The position numbers were made by a program, and so were the translations under genes. The notes beneath the pieces were generated by a model that was given only the letters and a program-made list of their open reading frames with translations, was not told the DNA's origin and searched no databases. Below are positions 44,761-58,877 of a DNA stretch of 64,000 nucleotides, piece by piece (position 1 is the first letter of the stretch; each line of letters starts with the position of its first letter). Source of the DNA: Chlorokybus atmophyticus. Taxonomy: Eukaryota; Plantae; Mesostigma and Chlorokybus algae. The stretch lies in the NCBI GenBank assembly GCA_009103225.1, contig RHPI01002069.1, forward strand, positions 1 to 64,000, given 5' to 3'.

Positions 44761-47700
44761 TTACGTATGAAGCACATACTCAGCTACGTTGACGCCCTCG
44801 AGCAACCCAACTTCCTCTCCCGTCAGCTTCAGAGCATGGCGAAGAAGCTCGTTCACCGCAGGCTCTCTGAAGACAAACCAAAGCGTGCCGGCTGCTCAGC
44901 ACTAGAAACACAGCATTGGCAACAGTTGCTGAGAGTTACTCACCTGCAGCCAATGACTTCCACCAGGGGTGCGTAGAGCGTGAGTAGGTGAGTACGAGGA
45001 CGCCTTTGCATGCTTGAACCTTTTAGATCAGCAACGCCTGTGGCTGCCGTGCTTGGAGCAACACTCTGCAGCTCGCGTGCGTCTTGTAGGTGAGCCCGAG
45101 CCGCCAGCTGAGGATGCAGAGTCAGCTCACACAGCTCTTCTAACATAGCAGTCATCTCGTCAAGGCGGACACGAGGAAGGAGGAAGCCTCCTACAGTAGC
45201 ATCAGAGATTGGTTAACACAACGTGCACACAAGTAATAACCATGCAGTCGCCAACCGTAATGCTGCTATGCGTCTATCCCGAGTTTACTTGGGACAGACA
45301 TGCAAACCATTTGCGCAATGCCCGGTGCAGAGCATTTTCTAAAAAAGAGCTTATCCTGATTAGCAAGCTCAAATCAGCTGTTGCTCACCACTTTCCCTCT
45401 CGTCGTCAACCCAAGCTTGCAATATAGTCACACAGCGCGCGAGCAAGATGGGCAAGGTGATGCACGCAATGTCCAGCATGCAAACCTGCTGTGCACCTTC
45501 GCCAGATCCTCCGCGCCTGCACAAAGCACGTGCTTCTTTGTTGATCAACAACGTACCTGACCAAGTAAGAGTGAAATGTATATAAGTTGTGAACTTACCT
45601 GCAGAGCTGGAACAACTTTCGCAGGCACGCTTGGGCAAACCGCTCACTAATCTCAGGGTGATTGCTTCGAGACGGTCCAGCCCGAGAGCCAGGGCTTTGC
45701 GGAAGCAGCCGTGGGCGCTCTGTGCATATGTCTATCAACTGCACAAGGCAGCTGCGAACCTGTAAAATGAAAAACGATGTTAGGCAAGCAACGATGACTG
45801 GAAAAAGGTTACTGAGAGGTTTCAATGTGCCTGACCTGTGGCGGGGCCTCAGAGCAGGCTATGAGAACATCGTCCACAAGGAGATCAAGCATGGATATCT
45901 CCAGTTCCTCATCTTCCGCCGCTAACTGTGTGCTGATTGCCGTCAGCGGTACAGACTCGGACTGTTTTAAAAAGCCTGCCGGGCAGCTCGGTAACCGTCG
46001 AGTGGCAGTCAGCATGAATTCTTGGAATGCGGCACTCAATGCCTGCCAGACTAGTTTCACGTCTATGCTGTCAACTTGAGCCCTCTCTCTCAGTGCATTA
46101 AGTCCTACAGGTATGATGCTCTTGAATGCGGCCACTGCAGTCCGCCACAAGTGGGCTTCAGGGTTCTCTCGTCGAGTGAGCATCGCACTGGCAAGACATG
46201 GCACTATTAAATTGATTGATTCGCACAAAGACATGATGCTCATGTAATATGCATCGAGCAAACAAGCCGTGATGCAGACATGATGCTCACAAAACGAGCA
46301 CAACAATTGAAATTGCTGGCAAGACTGCCATAAGTCGTGCAGTTGTACCCCACGGGCTTGCCAGTTATTAATCATACCGCTTCAAAGCCAGAACAGCGTC
46401 GGTGAAGACCATAGCTTGCACTCTGGGAGGCGGTCCATTCCCATAGCAACCGGAAAACAGCTCGCCTGCTCTCTGAGCAAACTCCAGGGCGAAGTACTTT
46501 ACTGTTGTCGTGTTGTCAACATGACCATTTGATGTTTGCAAGTGTTGAGCGCGCGGGCCAGGGGAGGGTTCAGGAGTTGAACTTGCGCTAGGTGCTGAGG
46601 TTGCTTGGTATGATAACAACTGTCGCAGTAACCCTGGCCACAACTCGGTGTGGCGCGATTCAAGAGGAACAACCACTGCCAACACCTCCAGCACAGCCTT
46701 TTGCACTGGAGGCAAGGATCCCTGCAGCAAGGTCATTTGGGATTGGGGAAAAACCGACTTTGTCCTCATAATACGCGTTCAGGCTAATACATACCAAACA
46801 ATATGGGTTTACAAACAGGTTTCAGGGAAGATTACTTACTTTGGGATGAACTGGCTGATCCAGTTCGGCTGTTGGGTTGCAGGCGAACTCATTGAGCAAC
46901 ACAAATAGCAACTGCACGTCCTCGGCCTCGAGGACATGGCGGCAGTCCAAGTACAGCTCCTTCAGGTTGTTGACTATGTCCACACGAGTCTTACAGGGCA
47001 CAACGCACTGAGGCTGAGTGCATGCTTGCACAACAGCCAGCAGAGACTTCTGCACCACCAGCCAGTAGGAGCGGGGCATGACGCCGCAGCCCAAGTGGGC
47101 CTGCACTGCCACCTGAAGGGACTGCACTGCTGCGGAACAAACCTCCTTGCTACCGCGGCTGGCACTGTGTTCCATGAAGTTGATAATTGATGCCCATGCC
47201 ATATCAAACCTGCACACAATACAGTACACAGTCTCAGCATTGCACAGACCAGATAGTTCTTCAAAGCAAACACTTACCCGTCAATGGACAACAGGAGTGC
47301 AAAGTATGTGCGCAGCAGTTTGGCAATGCCCTTCAACGCAAGGACAACAGTTTCGTCCCACTGTTTCTGTTCCGAGTTCCGGCTGTGGTGCACCAACATC
47401 ATGACAGCGCGGCCCTTTTCGCGACCAAGCTCTTTACCAACATTTTCATCTGCAGATGATGTCGCAGCAAGATGACGAACGGTGTCACATAGTGGCAAAA
47501 GTATGTCGTATAAGCAACTGCGCCACAATGTCACCGACAGTCTGCCTCCGTGTGACACTATAGCTGCTGTTAGCGTGCGGACTGCACTATTGCGAACTTC
47601 AGGGCGGTGATCTGTGCATAAGGCCTGTGCAGCGAAACAACCATAAGTAAATATCGGCAATTCAGCAGCTCCTAAGCATTGCAGCAAGATACCGACAGAC

Positions 47701-50700
47701 ATGCTTCGCTCACCTTCAGGGCAACAAACATGGGCAGCAAGTACTCATCGACCTCGCTGACAAGTGGTAATGACTCAACAACATGTTTGTCAATGCTTGT
47801 AGCTCGCGTAAGGTTGTCCATACTCTGATTGCGGCTCAACAATTGCTCGTCAGAGTGCTCCCTGGCACAATTGGAAGTAAGTTTGAGTGTACTTAGAACA
47901 AACAACAATGACTTCTCTTGATCACCGACGGATACCTGCTGAGCGTGGCGTCATTACTCTCGGTATGTGCAGCACGTGTGCCTGCGCTGTTTGGGAGCAA
48001 GCCCTTGCCGTAGTAATCAGCCATGCTCCACAGAGAGCCTATTGCAGTCAGGCTGATGTTGAGGTCAATTTGTTGTGCGCCGTAAGTCATTGCCATGTCA
48101 ACACAAAGCTGAAGGCACGAAGCTGGCACGTTCGCCAAGCAGTCATTGACAACAAGCTGCACAGACTGAAAGGCCAGCTGCAGCGTACTATCCTCGTTCT
48201 GTGAAGCCACGGAGCGCAGAAGTTGGAGGATAGGCCGGTACCCCGCTGTGAGCACGTCACCGCGCTTTTGCAATATCTGCAGCAGAACGCGAAGGGCAGC
48301 AAGGCGGGTGTCGACTTTGGAAGAGTTCTGCGAGGTAAATCAAGTGTCAGAAGCCGCGCTTGCTTGCCATGTGGCATGTATAAGCACCTGAGGTCTAGTG
48401 TCCCTACCTGCAGCGCCAGTAAAGGCTCAAGGACGATGCATTCAAAGGGCTCAGTCGAGGAATCCTGGTTGCCTTTGGAGACAAACGCGAGCAAAGAAGC
48501 TTTGGAGGTGGCTCCCGGGCTGACTGCGTGCCTTGCCAGGATACGGTCCTCGCTGAGAATTGCAGTGATACACCGGTTGAGGGCATGCATGGCCACGCAG
48601 CGTACACCGGAGTGCTGATGCTGTGCAACATCCACCAAGTGCACAGCAATAACATCCCAGAAACTTTCTACACGATGCAGATTCACGAGCAGCGTGTCAA
48701 CCAATCGTTCAACCGCAAACAGTCGCGGGACTTGCTCTTTCAGTGCCGGCCCATTGGCAGTAGCAGCACCACCACCAATTGCCATGGTAGCGCCTAATTG
48801 ACTGGCGGTGTTAGTGCCCGCACCTGTATACACCCACAGCAACAGGGTCAGCAGACAGATCGGTATGTACTGAGAAATATACCCTGCCTTCGCGCGTACC
48901 GCTGAGAAAAGAATCTCGACCACTGGGTTTGATGAGAAGGTTGGAAACGTCAACGAGAGCTTTGACGAGGTGAAGAACAGCATCGTTGGACATCATGGCG
49001 GTACTTTCAAACAGCTGCGACGTGAGTGTGGACAAGATAGTTATCTCACTGGACTGCCGGCCAACCGCCTGCCCATCTGGTCTGCGCGTGCTCCCTGCCT
49101 CTTGAGTAGCCGCATGCGGTGATGCAAGCACGCGATCCAGAGCAGCCAAGGTCTCGAGAACCAACGCCCATGAGGGTCCGAGCAAGTCATCCAGGCGATG
49201 CGCTACGTTGAATAGGGTACGCAACGCGTGTATGTTGGTTGGGTTCAGCATCACAGCCTCACGCGAATCGGCGTCTGAAGGCCGCTTGTCTCCTTTATCT
49301 ACACTGGAAACTCCTGCAAAATCCGTTTGCATCTGCTGCTAGACAAGCAGAACCACGTGGACCAACGTCAGATCTGTACCTGTGGTGGGGTTTACGAGCG
49401 TAAACCTGCACAGAGATGCAAGCCAAGCGTCACGCGGATGAACAATTTGAAGCAACCCGCACGCCTGAGTAAAGCAGCTGTAGCCTTTCAACAGCGCCAA
49501 CAGCAAAGCTTCGCTGGTTGTCTTGGACAGCAAAAACGCCAAGGCATCCAGTTCGGTCCTCCAAACAGACTCTACCATTTGAGCACAAATCTGCAAATTC
49601 AAGTGCAGCATGAATACGTGTCGCCTTGCAGAACTACCCACCCAACAATTGCGTATACCTGCAGGCTCCGGTCTTGAGGCAACATGGCTCCATCCTCGCT
49701 TGACTGCCAGAGTCCGTCCGTGACGGGAAGGCCGTCCAGCTCCGGATTGGCAACGGCATCAGGAACAACAGTCGCTGCAAACGTAGGGGAAGGCAGGCCC
49801 TTGCCCTCAACAGCACAGTCAGTCAGTGTTGATATGGCAGTGATGACCCCAAGAAGGCACTCAACCGCCAGGCACACCACATACGCCTCCCCTGCCACTG
49901 AGTAGTTGCCAGAGCCCGACTGCTCGGAGTCCACCAAAGACGCATCCACGCCCTTCGCGCTACCTTTGAACATGCGCTCCATGGCTAGCATCACTTCCTC
50001 AGACGTCTCGCTCGGCTGCTGCAGAAGGTGGACCACCCGAGCAGCAGCCACAACAACGTCCGCAACAACATTGGTTGTCTTTGGTCGCAAGTCAAAGGTG
50101 TCATAAAACACTCGAATCACCCGCACATCGGTGGCAAAAGCCCTGATCACTTCCAATACGTACGCACGGTGCCACAAGGGAACATCGGTTTGTGGATCCA
50201 GGCTCTTGAGGAGCATTGTAACAAACACTTCACATTCAGTAGTAATGATCCGGCAGAAGTAACGCATGACAGCACCAACTGTCTTCAGCACTTGCCGACG
50301 CACAGCTGGCTCGCCAACGTCCCCTGCACCCTGCCAACATGCGACCAAGATTGCGGCTCTTACACTCATGCTCTCATACTGTTTAGGTGTTACGCAATTT
50401 GCGCGTGCACTGCGTACCTCAGCTCGCATTGAATTCATCAGCAGCGAACAGACCTTTTTCTTTAAGACCTGCACCACGCAAGACAGCGGTTGCAATCAAT
50501 GCTTCCTACTGCCATGTGGACACAACCCAAGTGCAAAGCATACCTGTTGAAACTGCAATAGCTGACGAAACAAAACTGGATAATGAGACAACATGTACCT
50601 GCGGATCGCACAATTCAGTCGCTAAAAGACGCAAGCTTCAAAAACTTTCTGGTCTGTCAAGCACGCACTGCCCTCGGTACTTGATTAATGAGGTTTCAAA

Positions 50701-52464
50701 GAGAAGACGCACAGACACTGAGAGGCAATGCAGGTTACTTACTCAATCATATCAAAGGCTAGCGCGCGGGACATGCCTTGAACTCGAAGCCACGACGCCT
50801 GTAGACATCAAGTGATATGCACACGGAAGAGGCATGCATCAACATCAACATCAAGCAAAGGCAATGATGCTAACAATATAACGTCACCGTGTACCTGTCC
50901 ACCACCAGCCAATGTGCAGAGATCCTCAAAAAAAAACAACGCCGATCGAGCGTACACTGTATGAGAGGGCCTGCGTAGAGGGACTGTTGACTGTTGCAAT
51001 GAATGACACACAGCAACCGTCGGTTGCATACCTAGGATCGCCAGTAAATGCAGTTGCATTCGTCAATCCCTCTGCGGCCACGGTTCGTTCAAACATAAGT
51101 GCAGCTGCTTGCCGAATAGTTGACACTGCCGTCCTGCATTACCAAAGACCTGGCAGTTGGCAGGCTGCTCGTGTATACAGCATTGCTCATTGCTGCTGCA
51201 GCAAACTGTGTCTTGTTGTGCAACAGCTCGTCACAGCACAAGCAATGCTAACCGCTTCCAAAGGCATGCAACTAGTCAGCAACTCACCTATGCACGCTGT
51301 CGGCACTGCGAGCATTGCTGAGCAGCCGCAGGCAGATACTCAACACCAAAGCAACGCTCTCCTGTGAGGTGACTAGCAGTCAGCAGCACGTAGTCATCCA
51401 ATCACAAAGGGTGAGCTGACATGTTTGTTATGTTACTGGCAAATTGTTGCAAGCTACGAGGCCAATACACAACGCATGTCATGCTTGCCTCCTCCGTGGG
51501 GTGCACAGAGGATTGAAACAGCGTAAGCACAGTCTGCAGAACCTTGAGCTGAACGTCTTCATCCTGTACATCTGCGTGCTGCACGCCGGTCATGTTCAGC
51601 GATAAAGACAACATGTAGAAGGCAGTAGGCAGAACCACTCAAACACTACAACCAAGTCGAGAGGCGATGCAAGCACAGCTAGAAGGCCCCACTGTAGGCA
51701 CCTGTCGTAGAGTAGCAATGATCGGCGGCAGAGCGGCTGCCTCGACGGCATCATGCGCTGCCAGGCGTTGCAAGCAAGCCAGGCCATGAATGCTCAACTT
51801 CGTATCGCGCTTGCTGCAGCAGAGCAAATAGCACCGCAAAGCTTCATCCACGACAGGCAAGCCGTTTTGCACTGTTGTTGCGCGCAGCTGCAGTAACAAG
51901 CATAACACAGTCACCATCCAAGGAGTGCAGCATTGTAGTCGCTGCCAAGTTGAGACAGAATTGTACAGCAACATTGTGTATATTGCACCATGATGGTTAG
52001 CACAATTAGTACCCCTGGTTTAGGCGTCATACACAATAAACTGTGAAGCACGGTTTTGTAGATCCAACAGATTGCCAACGGCACCCACTGTGTTTGTCAG
52101 CAGCATAGCAACGTTCCTAAGTGCATGCGACCAACGTGGATATAGTTAACTGTCGGTCATGCTGTAGCTGTGACCAGTACAATGCCAAAGTAGCAACAAA
52201 CACACGGAAACTGTCCTGACATGTTGCATGCAATGACAATGTTTACCGACCCAAAACAATGCTGTGTGACTCCTGCAAGCTGCACCCACACTGTCAGCAA
52301 GCGAGATTCCTCTATACCTTGGCTATGCCTTTCTCCGCTGCGTCCTTCACCTCAGGGTGCTTCCGCTTGGCTTCGGCAGCGAGGGAGCGCAGATCGGCCT
52401 CCACCACAGCGATGAAATGTGCTGCGGTGGAGTCCGACCTGCCTCGGCTATCCACTGCAGTCAT
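44761..52464 (-). CDS. MON2: Protein MON2 homolog (Golgi/endosome trafficking, Sec7-related)
   Basis: N-terminal FIAVVEADLRSLAAEAKRKHPEVKDAAEK; DEDVQLKVLQTVLTLFQS, CTDHRPEVRNSAVRTL, HSRNSEQKQWDETVVLALKG; C-terminal PRVRLDEM and EPAVNELLRHAL. The 3' end is approximate. Confidence 0.9.
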
Positions 52465-52724
52465 GCTTGCGCTCAAGCTGCTGCGTAGAAACCGTCACTG
52501 CAGGATGCTATCAACTAGTAACTGCTGCTGCTGCTGCTGCTTCTCTCCCCGCAGGCTAGCGCTGGCCTCCATGCTGCGGGACAGAAGATCCGCGAAGCCA
52601 ATCCTCCATGACATATATGACGGTATTAATCAATGGCCAGCATGCTCAGGGGCACACCCCTGCCCGCCACGGCCACCGCCACCACCGCCTGTCCTGGTCG
52701 GTCGCCACGTGGCGATCTAGCAGG

Positions 52725-52733
52725 AAACCCTAA
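52725..52733 (+). promoter_or_regulatory. Telo-box upstream of MON2
   Basis: AAACCCTAA, followed by a (GA)n run at ~52762-52809. Confidence 0.65.
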
Positions 52734-52764
52734 TTTTGGTCACGTCTGCCTAACTCGAATCAGA

Positions 52765-52810
<46 letters not shown>

Positions 52811-52848
52811 CTGCGAGTGTTTAGGCAAAACTACTGTACAGATCGTGA

Positions 52849-53034
52849 GCAAGAGCTGATATGGCTGTGATACAGCGCTCCTAAACGTTTTACCGGGTTC
52901 AGAGCGTAGCTTACTAAGGTATTGTGTAACTGCTTATCTGGGCAAGAGCTGATATGGCTGTGATACAGCACTCTTGAGCTTTACACCGGGTCCAGAGCGT
53001 AGCTTACTGAGATGTTGTGGAACTGCTTATCGTG
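52849..53034. repeat. Two-copy 93-bp tandem duplication
   Basis: GCAAGAGCTGATATGGCTGTGATACAGC at 52849 and 52942, with similarity continuing over the whole unit. Confidence 0.88.
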
Positions 53035-54238
53035 CATATATTGTATGCTAGATTCGCAACATGCAAGGTGTGAAACATACACAACACCAGCACAGCATGC
53101 AGCACTGCATACAATATCTCTGTGCTGCCCGAGTTCCATGCATGAGGGGTATTCATTGAGTGCTTTGTTGCGCAAGTTACATGTGCGGATGTGCAGAGCA
53201 GGGCAGCAATACTATGGCGTGTCCGGGACACACTTGCACATGCAGTTGAAGCAGAGCAGCACGCAACAGGGGATGGCAGCAACGACAACCAGGTAATAAC
53301 TACGACATTAACAAACAGGTGAGTAGGTGCGTGCAGACATGTGGGGAGCAAGCAATTGCCCGCATGCATGCAATGCTGTCATACTGTTATACACTAACAC
53401 TAACAAGCAATACAATGCCATGTGCTGCCATGGACTGACTCTGCTAGCCTAGACACACTTCACCACCACCCACTTGTGTCACTGGCTAACCCTAACGCGC
53501 TAACACTAAACGGCTTGCTTGCTGCGACTGGACAGCCAGGGCACAGCAGGCTCAGGCAGCGGGTGGCGGCGGGGGCATAAGCATTGTCGTTGTCGTTCTT
53601 GCAGACGTCCTTGCAGTCAAGCCGGTCGCTATCCACGCCAAGCGCTAACCCACGCTCTGTCTACAGGTATAGCCATACGTACTTGCTGGCTGTCGATCGT
53701 CTTCAATGTCGGTTACACTTAGATAGTTGCACTACGCCCCTAGCTAAGCCCTCTGGTGAATAAAGCTCTGTTTGGGTTGGTGGTTACGCGTGTGACTGCC
53801 ATGTGTGGGACTGTCATGTGTGTTTGCATCAGACAAAGTGTGAGCGCATGAAGGAGCAGGCTATTCAATGTATATATGCATACTCCCTACACGCAGATGT
53901 TCTATTCACGATACAACTCTATCTGTCACAAATACCAATCGCCAATAAATCTACATCAGTATCGTGTGCAGTAACAACAGATGCAAAGGCGCATTCATCA
54001 CCAGAGAGCTAAACTGTGTGTCTGCTCACAGCACTCGACGGGCATATCCAACATACCAAGGTAAAACACCAAGACGCTGCCAGCAGGTGTTGAGCATGGA
54101 TATTATGATACAGCCCTCAAATACCGACAACTTCAGCAGCTATATATACAGAATGTTACCCATGCGTGCAACCAAAACCCAGTCCTAATCCAGTACTTAG
54201 TGCCAAGCTAGTCAACACCCTAGATTGTGCCAACAGAG

Positions 54239-56377
54239 TTACCCAACGCTGCCCTCCAGCTTCAGGCTCATTAACCCATTAACTTCAGCAGCAAACTCGA
54301 GCGGCAGCTCGTTAAAGACATCGCGGCAGAAGCCACTGATGATCATGGCCACAGCTTGCTCAGTGTCAATACCCCTCTGCTGCATGTAAAACAACTGATC
54401 CTCGCCAATCTTGCTTGTGCTGGCCTCATGCTCCACCTTAGCAGAAGGCTCCCTCACCTACAGGCCGGCAATGGTTACATGCCTAGTACAACACGCATAT
54501 ACATAACAGACAACTGTTTTCCCAACAAAAGCACCAACACCAAATCTTACCTGGATGTATGGGTATGTATTGGCGCCAGCATTGTCACCAATGAGCATGG
54601 AGTCACACTGTGAGTAGTTGCGTGCTCCTGCTGCGTTGGGCCCAATGGACACCAGCCCCCTGTAGCAGTTGACAGACTGCCCTGCGGAGATACCCTTGGA
54701 CACAATGCGGCTGCGCGTGTTCTTGCCAACATGAACCATCTTGCTGCCTGTATCTGCTTGCTGATGGTTATTGGTCAGCGCCACCGAGTAGAACTCCCCA
54801 ATGGAGTTGTCGCCAGCCAACACCACACTTGGATACTTCCAGGTAATGGCAGAACCTGTCTCCACTTGTGTCCAGGAAATCTTGGACTTCTTTCCAGCGC
54901 AAAGACCACGCTTGGTCACGAAGTTGTAAATGCCACCCACACCATTCTTGTCACCAGCATACCAGTTTTGCACCGTGGAATACTTGATCTCAGCGTTGGC
55001 TGCGCAGTAAAGCTCGACCACTGCTGCATGGAGCTGATTCTCGTCATATGATGGCGCTGTGCATCCTTCAAGATAGCTAACATAGCTGCCCTCTTCTGCA
55101 ACAATCAGTGTGCGCTCAAACTGCCCCGTCTCGCTGGCATTGATCCTGAAGTAAGTAGACAAGTCCATAGGGCAAGTGACGCCTTTGGGTATGTAGCAAA
55201 ATGAGCCATCGCTAAACACTGCAGCATTCAGAGCCGCATAGTAGTTGTCTCCAATGGGGACAACACTGCCAAGGTACTTCTTGATGAGGTCCGGATGCTC
55301 CTTGACAGCCTCTGATATTGAGCAGAAAATGACGCCTGCCTCTGCCAGCTCCTTCTTGAAGGTAGTGGCAATAGACACGGAGTCGAACACAGCATCCACA
55401 GCCACCTGCCGGACATTGGCCAGCCGTTTCTGTTCACCCAATGGTATCTCGAGCTTTTCAAAGTACTTCAACATCTCTGGATCCACCTGTATAAAAGCAG
55501 TACAAGCTGTTGTAGAACCTACAGCAAAACACTACTACTACACTACTTGGACAAATACAACTACTAAACTACTCTGAGGAACGACAGTGTTACACGAACA
55601 CGAACCTGATCCAAGCTGTCCAGTGTGGGCTTATTTTTCGGCGCTGAGTAGTAGCTGATAGCCTGAAAGTCAATTGGTTTGTACTTGTTGTCGCTCCACG
55701 TTGGCTCCTTCATGGTTTGCCATTTCCGGAACGCTTTCAACCTTGGGCCAGACACAGCCGCTGAGATCATCGTTGACATGTCTACTGTGTCAACTGCACA
55801 AGAAACTCAACATGCACGCTACCTGAACTCCAGCATCCAGTCCGGCTCCTCCTTCTTTGCAGAGATCATACGAACCGTTTCCTCATTGAGACCTTTAGGG
55901 ATTGTTTCACTCTCGATGTTGCCAACGAACCCATACTTGTACTCTCGCTCCAAGAACTTGCTGATCGTGTCATCGCTAGCAGACTTCTTGGGTAGCTGCA
56001 AGTAACAGACAAACCCACAATCGATGGACCTGATCGTTATACGTATGAAGCAAAAGCGCACCACGACTTGCATCCAAATAGCTTGCAGAAGCTACGCTTG
56101 AACACAAGCTAAACAAACCACGAAATGAATGCCGACGCTGGCTGCTACTTACCACAGGCATGGGTGCAGGCTCTTGGATAACCTCAGCTCTGGTGCTGCT
56201 GACTGGCTGCTGCCTTGTGCTGACCGACTGGGGTAACGACAACGGCGATCCAAATGCGCTACTCCGCTTCGCTGACAACTCCGTCTTCGTCCTAGACTCA
56301 GGCCTGGTCGCAGGAGCCCGGAACAGCAACCTCTCTGCTGGCACCGCCGCCGCAGCGGCGGTCATGGCAGCTGCCAT
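54239..56377 (-). CDS. sufB: Plastid Fe-S cluster assembly protein SufB (NAP1/ABCI8)
   Basis: [93 protein letters not shown]. Transit-peptide-like N-terminus. Confidence 0.98.
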
Positions 56378-56552
56378 GGCGGAAACCAAGTCCTCTCAAC
56401 CAAGCTCCTCAGCACACCAAATTCACTTATGTCCGTATATCCCGGTTCACCACACACCCAGGAACACAACCACTACCACAGCCGACACTGACGACCGCTC
56501 CCGTCGACGACACCGCCAACAACACCGCCGCTAACTTCTGCCAGGCACACGC

Positions 56553-56560
56553 TAGGGTTT
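56553..56560 (-). promoter_or_regulatory. Telo-box in the sufB/ECR intergenic region
   Basis: TAGGGTTT (AAACCCTA on the minus strand). Confidence 0.65.
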
Positions 56561-56991
56561 CCAGCTATGCAGAAAAAGGCACCGATATCGCTGCATTATG
56601 TTGTGGTATTTGCTTGCTGGCACCTAGCAAGCGGATATCAGCGCTTCACAGAGGGCTGTACGCATCGCAGCCCCGCGCTGCGCTCTTCAGGCGAATCTCG
56701 CAACCGGGCAGCGCGCCCTGCAATCTGGGCGAGAGGCCATCTGCCAATCAGCGCCCGCGCCTCTACGGGCCGCCCAAAAGTTCCAAGTGCGACGCGTGGA
56801 GACTCTGAAGACCGTAAGATTGTAACGCAGTGATGTTGGAAGGATGTTGGAAGGAAAAGTAGATTCGGAAGGTATGTCAATGGCAGAGATTTACCGGAGC
56901 TTGTGTAAGTTAGCCGTTTTACTTCCCAGGGCGGCACTGGTGAGTGGGTGTGGCCCGCCGCGTGGGCGTTGGCGTTGGCGTATGCGGAGCC

Positions 56992-58322
56992 ATGCGCGTA
57001 GACGTCGTTACGCGCAGCGGCAGGGTGCTGATCGCAGGGATCGAGCTTCCTGACAGCGTGAGTGCTGTTTTCACGGCATTGGTTATGCATGAGTCATTTT
57101 GCCCCGTCGCATGCAAGCGCTTCACCATGGTGTTTCGTTACAGGCGCTTGTGGAGGAGCTAAACAATGCAATCTACACGCGTGGTAAGAGTATAATCAAT
57201 TGCTGTGTTGGTAATGGTATAAAGCTTTGTTATCATTCTATGGTTGCTGCTGCATTGAGTTCCAAGCATGTTCGACAGTCCAGTCCCTTCCAGCATGCAA
57301 GCTGCCGATTGTGCCAGAGTGACTCATGTTGGTCATAATGACCAGCCGTTTCATGCACTCCAAGCTTCACACAACAATTGTCTGCTGGCAGTGCGCAAGT
57401 ACCACCCAAGCAGGCAAAGGCTGACTGTTGCGCAAGGAGTAGGCGGTGAGCAGCAGGCTGGCAAGCCAGTGGCACTGCAGGCTGGATCGAAGCTTCTAGA
57501 CTATTTTCCAGGAAAGGGTGGAACAGTGGTGTTCAAGGACCTCGGGCCGCAAGTGGGCTGGTCCACAGTGTTTTTCTGGGAGTATTTCGGGCCGCTGGTC
57601 ATTTTCCTCTCCTTCTGGCTTTTTCGCCACCGCATATACGCACACAAGCAAGCAAGGCCTCTGCATGAAGCTCAAACACTTGGAGTACTCTACTGCGCTC
57701 TGCACTACGCCAAGCGGATACTAGAAACCCTTTTCTTGCATAGGTTCAGCCATGGCACAATGCCTTTGTTCAATCTATTCAAGAATTGCGGGTACTATTG
57801 GGCCTTCTCGGCTTATATAGCGTACTTTTTGGTGCACCCGCTGTACACGCCGGTGCCGAAGGCGCAGATATATATTGGCTTCGCGCTCGCGCTGCTCAGC
57901 CAAGCCTCCAACCTGTATTGCCACTTGATCCTGGCAAACCTGAGGCCGCCCGGGTCAAAAGAGTACAAGATCCCGCGCGGGTTTCTGTTTGAGTATGTCA
58001 CGTGTGCCAACTACACCACGGAGATATATGGCTGGCTCGGCTTCAACATCGCCACACAAACCCTCTCTGGCTACCTCTTCATGCTGGCTGGCGCTGCACA
58101 GATGGTCGCGTGGGCGCAGGCCAAACATAGTCGCCTTCGCAAGGTACCACATTTAACTGTGTGTTAACATCTTTGACTACTGCTTGTCCCTCTGCAGGTT
58201 ACAACACCTTACAGTTTTAAGGTTGCTGATATGTGCTCTCTTGTCTTGTGCAGACATTTGATGGCAAAGAGGGTCGGCCGCGGTACCCTAGACGATGGGT
58301 TATCTTGCCATTGCTGTTGTAG
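56992..58322 (+). CDS. ECR: Very-long-chain trans-2,3-enoyl-CoA reductase (TSC13/CER10)
   Basis: [10 protein letters not shown]..., [56 protein letters not shown]; last exon [22 protein letters not shown]. Confidence 0.95.
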
Positions 58323-58877
58323 CAAAGCTGCCAACGTACAGAACAATGGGAACTATGCTGCATGCAAGTGTTGGGGCGGTGCATACTGGCTTACTCAGTT
58401 CGTGAGCATGAACCTGGCTTGGTAGCAGACTTGAGCTTGTGTGGCAGGCGATACATGCTCAAGTGCCTTATCAGTCGCCATGTGATCCGCAAGTTAATAG
58501 TTGGCACCTGTGATTGCAGTTGAGCCGCAGCGGACCTGGCACCTGTGGTTGCAGGAAGTTTCGCAGCCTGACTGTATGGGTATTATTACCATGGCTGCAC
58601 CTGATACTGTCTATGCTAGTACAAAAATGATGCCGCGCAATCCTAGCAGCAGCGACATTGTGTGCATACATGCGAAGTGCAATGGTAATGCAAAAAGCAT
58701 AATTCTGTGCATGGCACAATGTGCAAAGGATCAACCCGATAATGCTGTCATGCACGTGTGTAAAATGCATGTGCAATGCGTGCACAGGGGCGTTGTTGTT
58801 CAAATGTCCTGACACTTCTTGCGCTACTAGTTGTATCATACAGGCAGGATGCAGTGCAGGAAATGGCTGATTGCCGG

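Noticed and set aside
52849-53034. Box C/D snoRNA pair
   Set aside because: No canonical RTGATGA box C, and the CTGA is present in only one copy.
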